Shown: piece by piece, positions 19,113 through 27,408 of the stretch
How positions within the stretch are numbered: the first letter of the stretch is position 1
Layout: each line of letters opens with the position of its first letter
IMG/VR virus record: IMGVR_UViG_3300009509_000006
Coordinates: 34,059-98,058 of that record
Length of the DNA stretch: 64,000 bases
Reading direction: 5' to 3' (one strand)
DNA from: a virus
Notes under the pieces: generated by a model
The model's database searches: none
What the model saw: the letters and a program-made list of their open reading frames with translations, nothing else
What the model was told of the DNA's origin: nothing
Program-made: the position numbers and the translations under genes

Positions 19113-19872
19113 CGTGGATCTCGCTCCGAATCGTCGGGATTTGCGTTACAGCACGCCTCACTTCCGGGGGATTGAGGTCGATTTCACCCTGAACGCGCAA
19201 ACTCAACCGGAACCCTATCTTCCGCGCAGTCACATCGAGGAGCTCGTCTTCCGTGTCGATACTCTCCGCATCAGCGTGGTACGTGCGGACGTCTCCTATG
19301 GTATCAACTACGCGGACGTTGCAATAGGGTTGATAGATGCTCATGACGTAGTGGAAGATCGCGCCAGCCTGGTTTCGCGGGCCTTCCACATTCACCCCAC
19401 CACGGTTGCGGGCGAGCACCTGGATGCCGTAGCTGATATCGAACGGGACCGCCTGGGGCGTGAACTCATAGGAGTCGTACCCATAGACCTTCCGACCGTC
19501 TGGGTACTCGATCACAGTCGGCAAGGCTCCCTTTGCAGGCGCGCGGTATTGCGTGTTGCCCGGATGCCACCGGTTCATTGCCCGCTCTATCCCTTCTCGC
19601 ATCACAGCGATCATGGGCATCTTCGCGTCGGCGAGCATGTCGTCCGGGTTCCCGAAGATGATGGGGATTCCGGGAAGCCCCGGAGGAGGACAGACACCGG
19701 TGATGCCCATGTCCTCGATCGTCGCGATCGTGATGTAGTAGTCAGCTCCGACCTTTGTAGGGTTCAAGGTCAGCACCACCCCGGAGTCGAAGTCCCGGAG
19801 CGTAACGCGCCCACACCGAGCGCGTCCGAGGCTCCGGTCCTCGTGATCCAGGCTAGCAACTACGTTCGGCAT
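19105..19872 (-). CDS. Tail terminator / sheath stabiliser (gp15/DUF4255-like)
   Basis: LRDFD, KMPMIAV and PFDISYGIQVLAR motifs; position between neck and sheath genes. Confidence 0.75.
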   Translation of the reverse strand: MPNVVASLDHEDRSLGRARCGRVTLRDFDSGVVLTLNPTKVGADYYITIATIEDMGITGVCPPPGLPGIPIIFGNPDDMLADAKMPMIAVMREGIERAMNRWHPGNTQYRAPAKGALPTVIEYPDGRKVYGYDSYEFTPQAVPFDISYGIQVLARNRGGVNVEGPRNQAGAIFHYVMSIYQPYCNVRVVDTIGDVRTYHADAESIDTEDELLDVTARKIGFRLSLRVQGEIDLNPPEVRRAVTQIPTIRSEIHDG

Positions 19873-19876
19873 GGGT

Positions 19877-20278
19877 TTACGCGCCCGCGTTCACCTGGGA
19901 TCGAGCAATCGACAGGGCACGCTCGCCGAGACCGCAAGTGGCCGCCCGAGCGATCCAGATCGCCAGGCCCTTCTGGTCGTTCGGGATTTCGAAGAGCAAA
20001 GCCTCCTCGATCATCTGGTCAATGGCCGTGCCGACGCACTGCATGGCTCCGTCCACAGTGAGCCCGTACTCGACGCCGATCGCATCGACGATGTCCTCGA
20101 TGTAGCGATCGAAGTCGTGCGTGACGCCAGTGATGTTCGTGGCCTTGCCGGTACCAGGCAGACTGCCGTGTCGATCGGTTGCGGCTTCGCCGAGCGCCTC
20201 CTTGGAGGAGTCGAACTCCATGTCGCCAATGATCTTGTCACGGATGCCTTCCAGAACGGCGTTGAATTCCGAATTCAT
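19877..20278 (-). CDS. Hypothetical acidic protein
   Basis: GGAGA ribosome-binding site; lies within the structural operon. Confidence 0.7.
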   Translation of the reverse strand: MNSEFNAVLEGIRDKIIGDMEFDSSKEALGEAATDRHGSLPGTGKATNITGVTHDFDRYIEDIVDAIGVEYGLTVDGAMQCVGTAIDQMIEEALLFEIPNDQKGLAIWIARAATCGLGERALSIARSQVNAGA

Positions 20279-20287
20279 GCTTCTCTC

Positions 20288-21100
20288 CTACGCGCGGATT
20301 CCGAGGGTCTTCTGGAACTTGAAGTAGTCCCCGAGCTGGCTTGCTGACATCCGAGTAGATGCCACCGGACGCTTCCAGCCCCGGTACATCGGATCCATCA
20401 TAGTGCGAACCCAGGCTTTCTGGGAACGAGCAATCCCCAAAAACCCCGACAGGACACGCCGGACAGCGGGGCGCCAGTGAGGTCGAGGCTTCATGCCACC
20501 GAGGCCGAGCTCCAAGCGAAGCGCTTCGAAGGCAATGTCAGGAGCAGCTCGGACCGAAGGCATCGCCTTCTTTTTCTTGTCGCCTCGCACCCCGGCTTTC
20601 GCCAATTGCGGACGCCACTCTTTCTCGTCCCTACGGCGCTGCTTGGCGACACGCTGCACCTCTCGCACATGCACACGGCGCGAGACGAGCCGCGCGTCCG
20701 CCTTCTTCGGAGCGAAGGGTAGGGTGTCCAAAGTCCAAGGGGAAAAGCGGGCCAAGATAGCGATCTCCTCTGGAAGCCTGCGTTGGCGCCGACGAGGCTC
20801 AACATACAGAACCAACTTTTGAGCGTCAACACGGCTTACCCGCTTAGAGCGAGGCGTAGCGCGGACGATCCAGCCACCCTCGTCCTTCGACAGGCCCACG
20901 ATCCGGTCGACACGAAAGGCTTTGCGGTATGCTTTCCAGTCCGTACCCTGGGGCACTTTGGAGAGCACTCGCGTCTCAACGTGCTCCGCAACGACTCGGG
21001 GCACATCGTCCAGAAGAGCTCTTGTCCGGTCCTGCCACTCCTTCAGGAGGCGCGCCAGTTGCTTGACGCTCTCGCCCGGTCTGACCCGAATTTCAATCAT
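20288..21100 (-). CDS. Arg-rich tail completion / HK97 gp10-like protein
   Basis: LELGLGGMKPRPHWRPA resembles the E-x-G-T-x-x-M-x-x-R-P-F-x-R-P-A motif; start overlaps the upstream stop. Confidence 0.55.
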   Translation of the reverse strand: MIEIRVRPGESVKQLARLLKEWQDRTRALLDDVPRVVAEHVETRVLSKVPQGTDWKAYRKAFRVDRIVGLSKDEGGWIVRATPRSKRVSRVDAQKLVLYVEPRRRQRRLPEEIAILARFSPWTLDTLPFAPKKADARLVSRRVHVREVQRVAKQRRRDEKEWRPQLAKAGVRGDKKKKAMPSVRAAPDIAFEALRLELGLGGMKPRPHWRPAVRRVLSGFLGIARSQKAWVRTMMDPMYRGWKRPVASTRMSASQLGDYFKFQKTLGIRA

Positions 21101-21548
21101 TCGCCTCTCTCGCCAAGGCTCGGGCGTTCTCCGCAAGGAGAGCCGAGAGAGTCTTCGGTCGGTCGCGCTCCAGTTTGTCGACTGTGAGCAGGAAGCCGTC
21201 GCGCTTCACAATGATCTCGTTCGGACGCCTCGGGCGCTCGAGGGGCTCCAGGTCTGTGAGGAAAGAGAGATGCTCTTCGCACACGCCGACCTTGCCGTCG
21301 TGTCCCTTGACGCCGACAGCGTAGGCTGTGTTGTTGCCGCACACGAAGCACCACGAGACCATAGCCTCCGGGGTCAAAGGGCCTTCGTACTCCGGGAACA
21401 CCTTGCCGCCAATCGGTCCACAGCACGACTTGCCAAGGCAGCGCTTGCCTGGGACACCCGCTTCTCGCGCTCGCCAGAACTTCGTGCACGTGGCACAGAC
21501 CATACCGAGGCCCTTGGACATCACAGCTTGGATGGCAGCGACGTTCAT
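21093..21548 (-). CDS. Cys-rich Zn-binding protein
   Basis: CATC, C-x4-CCGP, CFVC and CEEH motifs. Confidence 0.7.
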   Translation of the reverse strand: MNVAAIQAVMSKGLGMVCATCTKFWRAREAGVPGKRCLGKSCCGPIGGKVFPEYEGPLTPEAMVSWCFVCGNNTAYAVGVKGHDGKVGVCEEHLSFLTDLEPLERPRRPNEIIVKRDGFLLTVDKLERDRPKTLSALLAENARALAREAND

Positions 21549-22168
21549 GGACAGGGGCCCTCCGGCGAATCGATGATTTTCTGCTCGGGCGTGAAGGTCG
21601 TATTCCGCCTGATGTCAAAAAGGAACCCTACAAACGCCGGTCCGTCAAACAAGTGCCCGTCGTCGGCAACCTGCGTGACATCGAAGAAGTAGCCCTCGCC
21701 ACCGGAAGCACCATCGAAGTACGGGATCCGCCAGAACTCGAGGATGTCTCCTTCGGAGGGCGCCGGACATCCCACACGCTCGAATTCACGCCTGGGGATC
21801 CACGCCTCCGTGTACCACTCGATCCGAAACCCGGTCTCCTCGGCGGTAGCGGATCCGGGCTCGTGCCCCACGAAGGCAAACATCTTGAAAGGCCCGTTCC
21901 AAGCTCGGTTGATGGGCTCGTTGTAGACGGGATCGACATCGGTGTTGTCTGCGTCGAAGCTGTAGTAGCGGATCTCGACACCGCAGATCCGGATGTGCTC
22001 GTTGGCCCACAGGTCGAAGAGGGGGAGCTCGACGTCGGTCAGGCGCAGAGTGAACGTGGCCAGTTGTTCGCCGTGGACTTCACCGACAACGTGCTTCTCT
22101 TCCTCTTCGTAGCCACCGAGGGATTGAAGGTGCCAGCGCATATCGGGGACGTCGTGCTGCCTCGGCAT
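21545..22168 (-). CDS. Neck / head-closure protein (gp14-like)
   Basis: CGVEIRYY, DPVYNEP and PSEGDILEF motifs. Confidence 0.75.
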   Translation of the reverse strand: MPRQHDVPDMRWHLQSLGGYEEEEKHVVGEVHGEQLATFTLRLTDVELPLFDLWANEHIRICGVEIRYYSFDADNTDVDPVYNEPINRAWNGPFKMFAFVGHEPGSATAEETGFRIEWYTEAWIPRREFERVGCPAPSEGDILEFWRIPYFDGASGGEGYFFDVTQVADDGHLFDGPAFVGFLFDIRRNTTFTPEQKIIDSPEGPCP

Positions 22169-22171
22169 GAC

Positions 22172-22921
22172 TCACCCCGTGATGAAGGGCATTGGCATGC
22201 CCGCCTTGATGATGTCCTCGTCGAGCGTCCGCATCTCTTCCTGCCCTTCCGAGAGAATGTCGCGGCCATCGAGCTGGCGCTCGCCTTGTGCTCCAGGGAA
22301 ACCGGCGTACTTGGATCGTATCCGGCCCACGAGGATCTTCGCGTTGGCGAGCATGTGGCGCCTCACCAGCTGGTGGTCGAAGTGCCGGAGCTCAGTGAAC
22401 GCGATCGAGGCGCTGCTGTAGACGAGCATCATCTGGCCTGAGGTGCGCGGCGCCGGGCTCAGGATCACCTTGCGCGTGTACTCGTCCCAAATCCAGTTTG
22501 CATCCGCCGACATCACCCGCTTCGCCATCTCTGTGTACTGGATTGCCTGCGCCAGGCTCGAGTACAGCCCCGCCGACTCGGGGGCTGCGAAGACGTCGTA
22601 GGGGATCTTCTCGTCTGCCAGGATGTAGGGCGAGAACACCATCGTGAAGTCGTGCGGTGCCGAAGGCAAGAGCACCTCTACAACATCGTCGCAGTCGTCC
22701 GGCACATCGTACTCGACAACATTGGTAGCCACATCGATCAGTCGGTATCGCGCCACGCCCTTCTTCGAGATGAACCAGTCCTTCGCGTCCTCGACGAGGT
22801 CATCGAGGTGCGCGGGGTGTAGCTCCACTTTGAGGATTGGAGCGCCAAGACGACGGAGCACCCACTTCTGGAGTTGCTCTTCGTCCATGACAATCTGGCG
22901 AGAGCGGGCCGAATAGGTCAT
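22172..22921 (-). CDS. Neck / head-tail adaptor (gp13-like)
   Basis: LRRLGAPILKVEL and AKILVGRIRSKY...LDGRDILSEG motifs. Confidence 0.9.
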   Translation of the reverse strand: MTYSARSRQIVMDEEQLQKWVLRRLGAPILKVELHPAHLDDLVEDAKDWFISKKGVARYRLIDVATNVVEYDVPDDCDDVVEVLLPSAPHDFTMVFSPYILADEKIPYDVFAAPESAGLYSSLAQAIQYTEMAKRVMSADANWIWDEYTRKVILSPAPRTSGQMMLVYSSASIAFTELRHFDHQLVRRHMLANAKILVGRIRSKYAGFPGAQGERQLDGRDILSEGQEEMRTLDEDIIKAGMPMPFITG

Positions 22922-23313
22922 GCGTCAATGGCCTCAAGCTGCTCAAGGATCGCAGCCTTCACGGTCTTGCGGTCCTTGTTCTCTTCCTCGTACTCGAGAA
23001 CCTCTCGAAGCTCCTCCGCCGTGAACTCGTACTGCTCGACGGTCTCGATGACCTCGGTCGCACGCAGGCTGTCGTAGTCCTCGATGGGGAATTCGGTCTC
23101 GACGGAGGGGTCCAGGTCATCGGGATCCGGACATCCTTCTTCGGGAGCGTCGGCCTCGGCCACCTTCGTGTCGTCGGGCTCCTGCTTTGGCGCCTCCACA
23201 TCCTCGAACAGGTGGGGCATGATCTTCGCCACTTCCTCGGAGACGAGGTCTCCGTATCGATACGCCCTACCACGATGGTAGAGTATCGAACCCTTTGTCT
23301 TCAGCCTTCTCAC
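22918..23313 (-). CDS. Hypothetical protein with C-terminal helical domain (PIEDYDSL...YEEENKDRKTV)
   Basis: Coupled ORF; the small domain is a recognisable one common near phage head genes. Confidence 0.65.
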   Translation of the reverse strand: MRRLKTKGSILYHRGRAYRYGDLVSEEVAKIMPHLFEDVEAPKQEPDDTKVAEADAPEEGCPDPDDLDPSVETEFPIEDYDSLRATEVIETVEQYEFTAEELREVLEYEEENKDRKTVKAAILEQLEAIDA

Positions 23314-23322
23314 GGGGACCTC

Positions 23323-23970
23323 CTACCCCTCGAGCACAGGGCCCGAGCTCAAAATTTCCGAAGCGACGAGTTCGAGCGGGTCCACCGTGTTCCGCTTCCC
23401 GCTCGCTCGCTCCTCGTAGATATCATCGTCTTCGCCCGGCATCTCTTCGGGACCCTTGTACGGAGAGCGAATGACAGGGTCGTTGCGGTAGCCACCGCGT
23501 TCCCCCTCAAGGAGGGGGCCACGACGCAGGATCTCTTCGGCAAGCGCGTCTTCGACATCAGGGTCAAACAGGCCACCCTCCGGATCCGTAGGTGGCGCCC
23601 CTCGGACCGGACGCGGCTCACGGGCAGGAGCATGCACTGCTCCCTGCGATTCGTGGATCTCACGGCGCAGCACCCGGATGTCGGCACCAAGCTGGTCCAC
23701 ACGACCCGAGAGGTCCTCGACCAACTGGATCAGGTGCACGAGCAGTTTTGCGCTCGGTGGGATCGCAGGCCGCTCGGTATCCTCTCGGGGGTCTCGGTCG
23801 CGCCCCAGGTCTTTCGCTGGGACCGTTCGAGCCGGCGACCTGTACAGGGATTGCCTGGGCGCTCGGGAACGCTCCAGGGCCTCCTCGTCTTGTTCGCGCA
23901 TGGGGCTGATACCCATCCCTCGCAATTGCGAGAGTACGTTCTGAACTCGCTCGTCGCCTCGCCTCGGCAT
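23323..23970 (-). CDS. Hypothetical low-complexity protein
   Basis: Strong AAGGAGG ribosome-binding site; central coiled coil. Confidence 0.65.
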   Translation of the reverse strand: MPRRGDERVQNVLSQLRGMGISPMREQDEEALERSRAPRQSLYRSPARTVPAKDLGRDRDPREDTERPAIPPSAKLLVHLIQLVEDLSGRVDQLGADIRVLRREIHESQGAVHAPAREPRPVRGAPPTDPEGGLFDPDVEDALAEEILRRGPLLEGERGGYRNDPVIRSPYKGPEEMPGEDDDIYEERASGKRNTVDPLELVASEILSSGPVLEG

Positions 23971-24054
23971 CTCTTCCTCCTTCGTCTCCTTAGTCTGGGC
24001 CGAAACGACCCAGCCCGTCCAGTATAGAGACGAGACACAGGCGAAGAAAGGCGC

Positions 24055-24579
24055 CTACTTCCCAGGAAACTCCTTCTTGAGCTTCGATTCCACAGCCTTG
24101 TTCCACGACTTGAGCTTCGGGCCCTCCCACCAGCGCGACGCCGCGGCGCCGACAGCCGCAGCGCCTCCCCAGAAGGGGTCGTACCGCCCGTACAGCTGCT
24201 TCGTGTCCGAGATCTTTGCGCTGGCGTGCCCAACGAGGTGTCGAGCGTTGACGAGCTCCGGTGGAAGGATCATGAGGAGGCCTTCCTTCCTGAGCATCTC
24301 AACAGTGAAGTCCGTACCCTTGAGCATTCCTCGGGCGTCGTCCATCGCGCTTTTGCCAATGTCGAATCCCTGCTCGCGCGTCAGGTACTTGCGCCCGTAG
24401 GCAACGCCCTTCTTCCACTGGGCCTCGGCAAACTTCGATCCGGACAAGGATTTGCCGAATTTGTCCTTGTAGCCCATGAAGGGCTTCTTCCACTCTTCGT
24501 GTGGGACAGGAGGATCGGGAAATTGCGCCTCAAGCTTGCCCTCGAGCAGGTCCCGGCCCTCTTGGATGAAACGTCGCAC
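24055..24579 (-). CDS. Putative internal head protein 3 (shared leader MRRFIQEGRDLLE)
   Basis: Leader shared with the two upstream genes; Lys-rich. Confidence 0.65.
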   Translation of the reverse strand: MRRFIQEGRDLLEGKLEAQFPDPPVPHEEWKKPFMGYKDKFGKSLSGSKFAEAQWKKGVAYGRKYLTREQGFDIGKSAMDDARGMLKGTDFTVEMLRKEGLLMILPPELVNARHLVGHASAKISDTKQLYGRYDPFWGGAAAVGAAASRWWEGPKLKSWNKAVESKLKKEFPGK

Positions 24580-24580
24580 A

Positions 24581-24844
24581 TCAGCCCCCTACTTCCTTGA
24601 GCTTCGCGGCCACTTCGGGGTCCTTGCCCCAGCGCTTCCTGACAGCCGCCTTCACGGCAGGGTAGTCACTGGAGTCACCACGCTTCGCCTGGATGTAGGC
24701 GAGAGCGCGGATCGCGTGCTCCTGGTCATGGATCGGCCACCCCTTGCGCTCGGGGAAGACGAATGACGACTTTTTCATGCGCTCGCGCTTCCCTGGCGTG
24801 ATCTCGTCGAGCAGCGCACGTCCTTCTTCGATCAGGTCTCGCAT
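24581..24844 (-). CDS. Putative internal head protein 2 (leader MRDLIEEGRALLDE; small basic domain, possibly DUF6582-like)
   Basis: TGATG overlap sets the start at 24844; motif RERMKKSSFVFPERKGWPIHDQEHAIRAL. Confidence 0.7.
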   Translation of the reverse strand: MRDLIEEGRALLDEITPGKRERMKKSSFVFPERKGWPIHDQEHAIRALAYIQAKRGDSSDYPAVKAAVRKRWGKDPEVAAKLKEVGG

Positions 24845-25791
24845 CACACAACTCCCATGTCCTGGAGCACAGTGACCACACCCTTCTTGATGCGGTTCTG
24901 GCTCTTTGGCGTGAGGTGTTTCTTGATCTCGCGCCATGTGTTGGATTGCCCGAGCAGAAACGTCACCGCCTTGCTCTGCGGCCACGCTACGAGTTTCGCT
25001 CTGTGCGCGCCAACCAGGTCCCGAACCTGCGCGGAAATCTCCTGCATGTAGGCCTTCACCTCTTCGGGCGAGTTGTAGTAGCGAGCCTGGCGCTCCTTCG
25101 CCTTGGCCTTCGCCTGAGCTCGCTGCTCTTTCGGACTGTCCGGCGGATGCAATCCCACCTTCGTGAGGGTCATCTTCAGCCGCTCAGTTGAGTCGCCGAT
25201 CCCGAGCTCTTTTCGCTTCCGGGCGATCAGTCGGTGCGAGACCTCGCCATAGCCAGCTGCCTTCAAAATCTGCGAGATCTGCCTATCCGAGAAGGGATGA
25301 ACAGGGTTCTCCTGCTGGAGCAGCGCTACGATGTGACGCTCCAGGCTCTTCTTTCGCAGCACGTCCTTGGCGTGGGTGATCTCGTGCATGAGGGCGTACT
25401 TCATGGCGCCCTGAATGCTCGACATCTCGGTCCCACGCAAGAGCGGCACGAGCTCGCCGGCACCGAGATTTCCGTTCAGCATCATGTTGATGATTCGCTC
25501 TTTCGGCGCGTAGACGGCACCCAGAAAGAGCCCGCGCACGCCGGGCCTCTTGACGCTGATCACCGAGACCGGAATCTCGCGCTTCTTGCCCTTGACATCG
25601 GACACAGTGATCTTCTCGGTGGCCCACAGCTTGTCGCCGATCGGCTTGGTCGGTTGCACCCTCGCCATGCTCTGGAGCGCGGGCACGAACTGGCCCATGA
25701 GCCGCTTGACGAGCATCGTAACGACTTGGTCAGGCAGCTTGATCGGGCGGGCTTCGAGGAGCTTGTGCCCTTCCGTGATCAGGTCTCGCAT
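24844..25791 (-). CDS. Putative internal head protein 1: zincin (HEITH) with inserted sigma-54 C-terminal DNA-binding domain
   Basis: Leader MRDLITEGHKLLE; HEITH followed later by YYNSPEEVKAY; insert IVALLQQENPVHPFSDRQISQILKAAGYGEVSHRLIARKRKELGIGDSTER. Confidence 0.75.
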   Translation of the reverse strand: MRDLITEGHKLLEARPIKLPDQVVTMLVKRLMGQFVPALQSMARVQPTKPIGDKLWATEKITVSDVKGKKREIPVSVISVKRPGVRGLFLGAVYAPKERIINMMLNGNLGAGELVPLLRGTEMSSIQGAMKYALMHEITHAKDVLRKKSLERHIVALLQQENPVHPFSDRQISQILKAAGYGEVSHRLIARKRKELGIGDSTERLKMTLTKVGLHPPDSPKEQRAQAKAKAKERQARYYNSPEEVKAYMQEISAQVRDLVGAHRAKLVAWPQSKAVTFLLGQSNTWREIKKHLTPKSQNRIKKGVVTVLQDMGVV

Positions 25792-25800
25792 GGCTACCTC

Positions 25801-25839
25801 AAACAGAAAGGCCGCCCACCCAGATCGGGGGAGCGGCCC
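25801..25839 (-). terminator. Rho-independent terminator after the major capsid gene
   Basis: Minus strand GGCCGCTC...GGGCGGCC stem followed by TTTCTGTTT. Confidence 0.75.
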
Positions 25840-25880
25840 AGTACGACCGTGTCAATGGAACGACCCGAGACCGAGCCGCA

Positions 25881-27377
25881 TCAGATGTTGAGCACGCGGA
25901 CCTGCCCGTAGTATTCGGCCCGAAGCAGCTTCTTCGCGTAGCGGGTACGCAGACCCTTACGGAAGCTCATGTCATTCGGATCCAAAAAGGTGGGCGTCAC
26001 CTGCAACGGGACGTAGGGGGCCCAGACGAACCCGGCGTCCAAGTACGAGCCGCCCTTGAGGCCCAGCATCGCGAAGTCGGACGCGAAGAACGGGTCGACG
26101 TAGACGACCCACTTCCGCATCAGGGTGCCGGCCTTGTAGACGCCGAACTGGCCGTGCTGCGTCAGGGGGCGCGGCATGTCGGCCGGTCCGAGCGGGCTCT
26201 CGCCGCCGCTCACCCAGATCGGGCGGTAGTCGCCGTGAGTGGTCAGCTGCTCCATCAGAGCGCTGATCTCGGGCGAGGTCACAATCCAGTTCGCGGGCGC
26301 ACGCAGGGTCCGCTTGTGGATCGAGTTCGACACCTGGGACAGCACGGTGACGAGCGACCGGAGGTGATCGATCTCGGCGATGCCGCTGGGCGGGATCCGA
26401 TCGAAGGTTCCACCGCTCCCGGTCGAGGCCAGGAACAGGTCCTGGATGATCTCCCGGTCGATCTCGAGCGCCATCTCGCTCGCCGCTGCAGCGACCAGCT
26501 CCGTCTCGGCTTCGAGCCCCTGCAGGTTGCGCAGGTCCTCAGCCGCTTCCGAGCTCCAGAGAGCCTTGAGACGACGCGGGACCGCCTCGATGACGGCTTT
26601 CTTCACGTCGAGCTGCACTTCGGGCAGCTTGGTGTTGAGCTCGCCGTCGTAGCTGTAGTACATCTTGATCTGGTGGCCAGCCACGGGGTCGACGGCGAAA
26701 CGCACACCCGCCAGGGCACCATTCGAGTAGTTCAGGGTGCCGGCGGTGAGATCGGTGCTGGTGTCCGCGGCACCACTCGCCAGGAACTTGCCCTCCTGAA
26801 TCACGGACCCGGCCGCATCGAGGTCGCGGATGATCACGTCATAACCGCGATCGGTACTCGGCTTGTGCACCGGAGTGAGAGCCAGATTCACACTGATCGG
26901 CACACCACTGGGACCGTAGTCCGAGCCGGTACCGGTGGCGAGGATTTCACCATTCACGAACTCCGAGCTGTAGTAGCGGTCGAAGTCGCGCGGGAACACG
27001 TCGCCGCGAGTCGTTTCCCCCTTGGTCGTACCGTAGACATAGTCCAGGTAGAACACGGCGCCCTGCGGCGCGGTCATGGGCTGCACCGAGACGATCTCGT
27101 TCACGATCAAGTTCGGGAACACACGGCTGAGCACCGGGAACACGAATTTCGTGAAGTAGCCCACATTGATGGCCCTCGTCTCTTCGTTCATGCTACGAAG
27201 GTGACGGGCCTGGTTCTCGTAGAGCATCGCCATGCAGCCCCGAATGTAGCGCTCGTGGCGACAGCGATCCGGCATCCCTTCCAGAAGGGGTGCCCACTTC
27301 TCCACGTATGCGCCGACGAGACGGCGGTCGGCGATGGTGCCACTGCTATCTTCGATCACAACTCGACGAGCTTCCAC
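25881..27377 (-). CDS. Major capsid protein (T4 gp23-like)
   Basis: KWAPLLEG, IVSVQPMTAPQGAVFYLDY, RRLKALWSSEAAEDL, LEIDREII and APYVPL...RKGLRTRYA motifs. Confidence 0.97.
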   Translation of the reverse strand: MEARRVVIEDSSGTIADRRLVGAYVEKWAPLLEGMPDRCRHERYIRGCMAMLYENQARHLRSMNEETRAINVGYFTKFVFPVLSRVFPNLIVNEIVSVQPMTAPQGAVFYLDYVYGTTKGETTRGDVFPRDFDRYYSSEFVNGEILATGTGSDYGPSGVPISVNLALTPVHKPSTDRGYDVIIRDLDAAGSVIQEGKFLASGAADTSTDLTAGTLNYSNGALAGVRFAVDPVAGHQIKMYYSYDGELNTKLPEVQLDVKKAVIEAVPRRLKALWSSEAAEDLRNLQGLEAETELVAAAASEMALEIDREIIQDLFLASTGSGGTFDRIPPSGIAEIDHLRSLVTVLSQVSNSIHKRTLRAPANWIVTSPEISALMEQLTTHGDYRPIWVSGGESPLGPADMPRPLTQHGQFGVYKAGTLMRKWVVYVDPFFASDFAMLGLKGGSYLDAGFVWAPYVPLQVTPTFLDPNDMSFRKGLRTRYAKKLLRAEYYGQVRVLNI

Positions 27378-27408
27378 TTCGCCGTCCTCCTACTGTTGGT
27401 TTCCGGGG

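Noticed and set aside
16530-19175. Long plus-strand ORFs (also 54-1178, 8662-10371, 32788-35160, 37966-39900 and others)
   Set aside because: They are antisense shadows of well-supported minus-strand genes in high-GC DNA, with no recognisable motifs.
1603-19872. Stand-alone eCIS/tailocin locus
   Set aside because: It is contiguous with capsid, portal, terminase and replication genes, so it is a phage tail.
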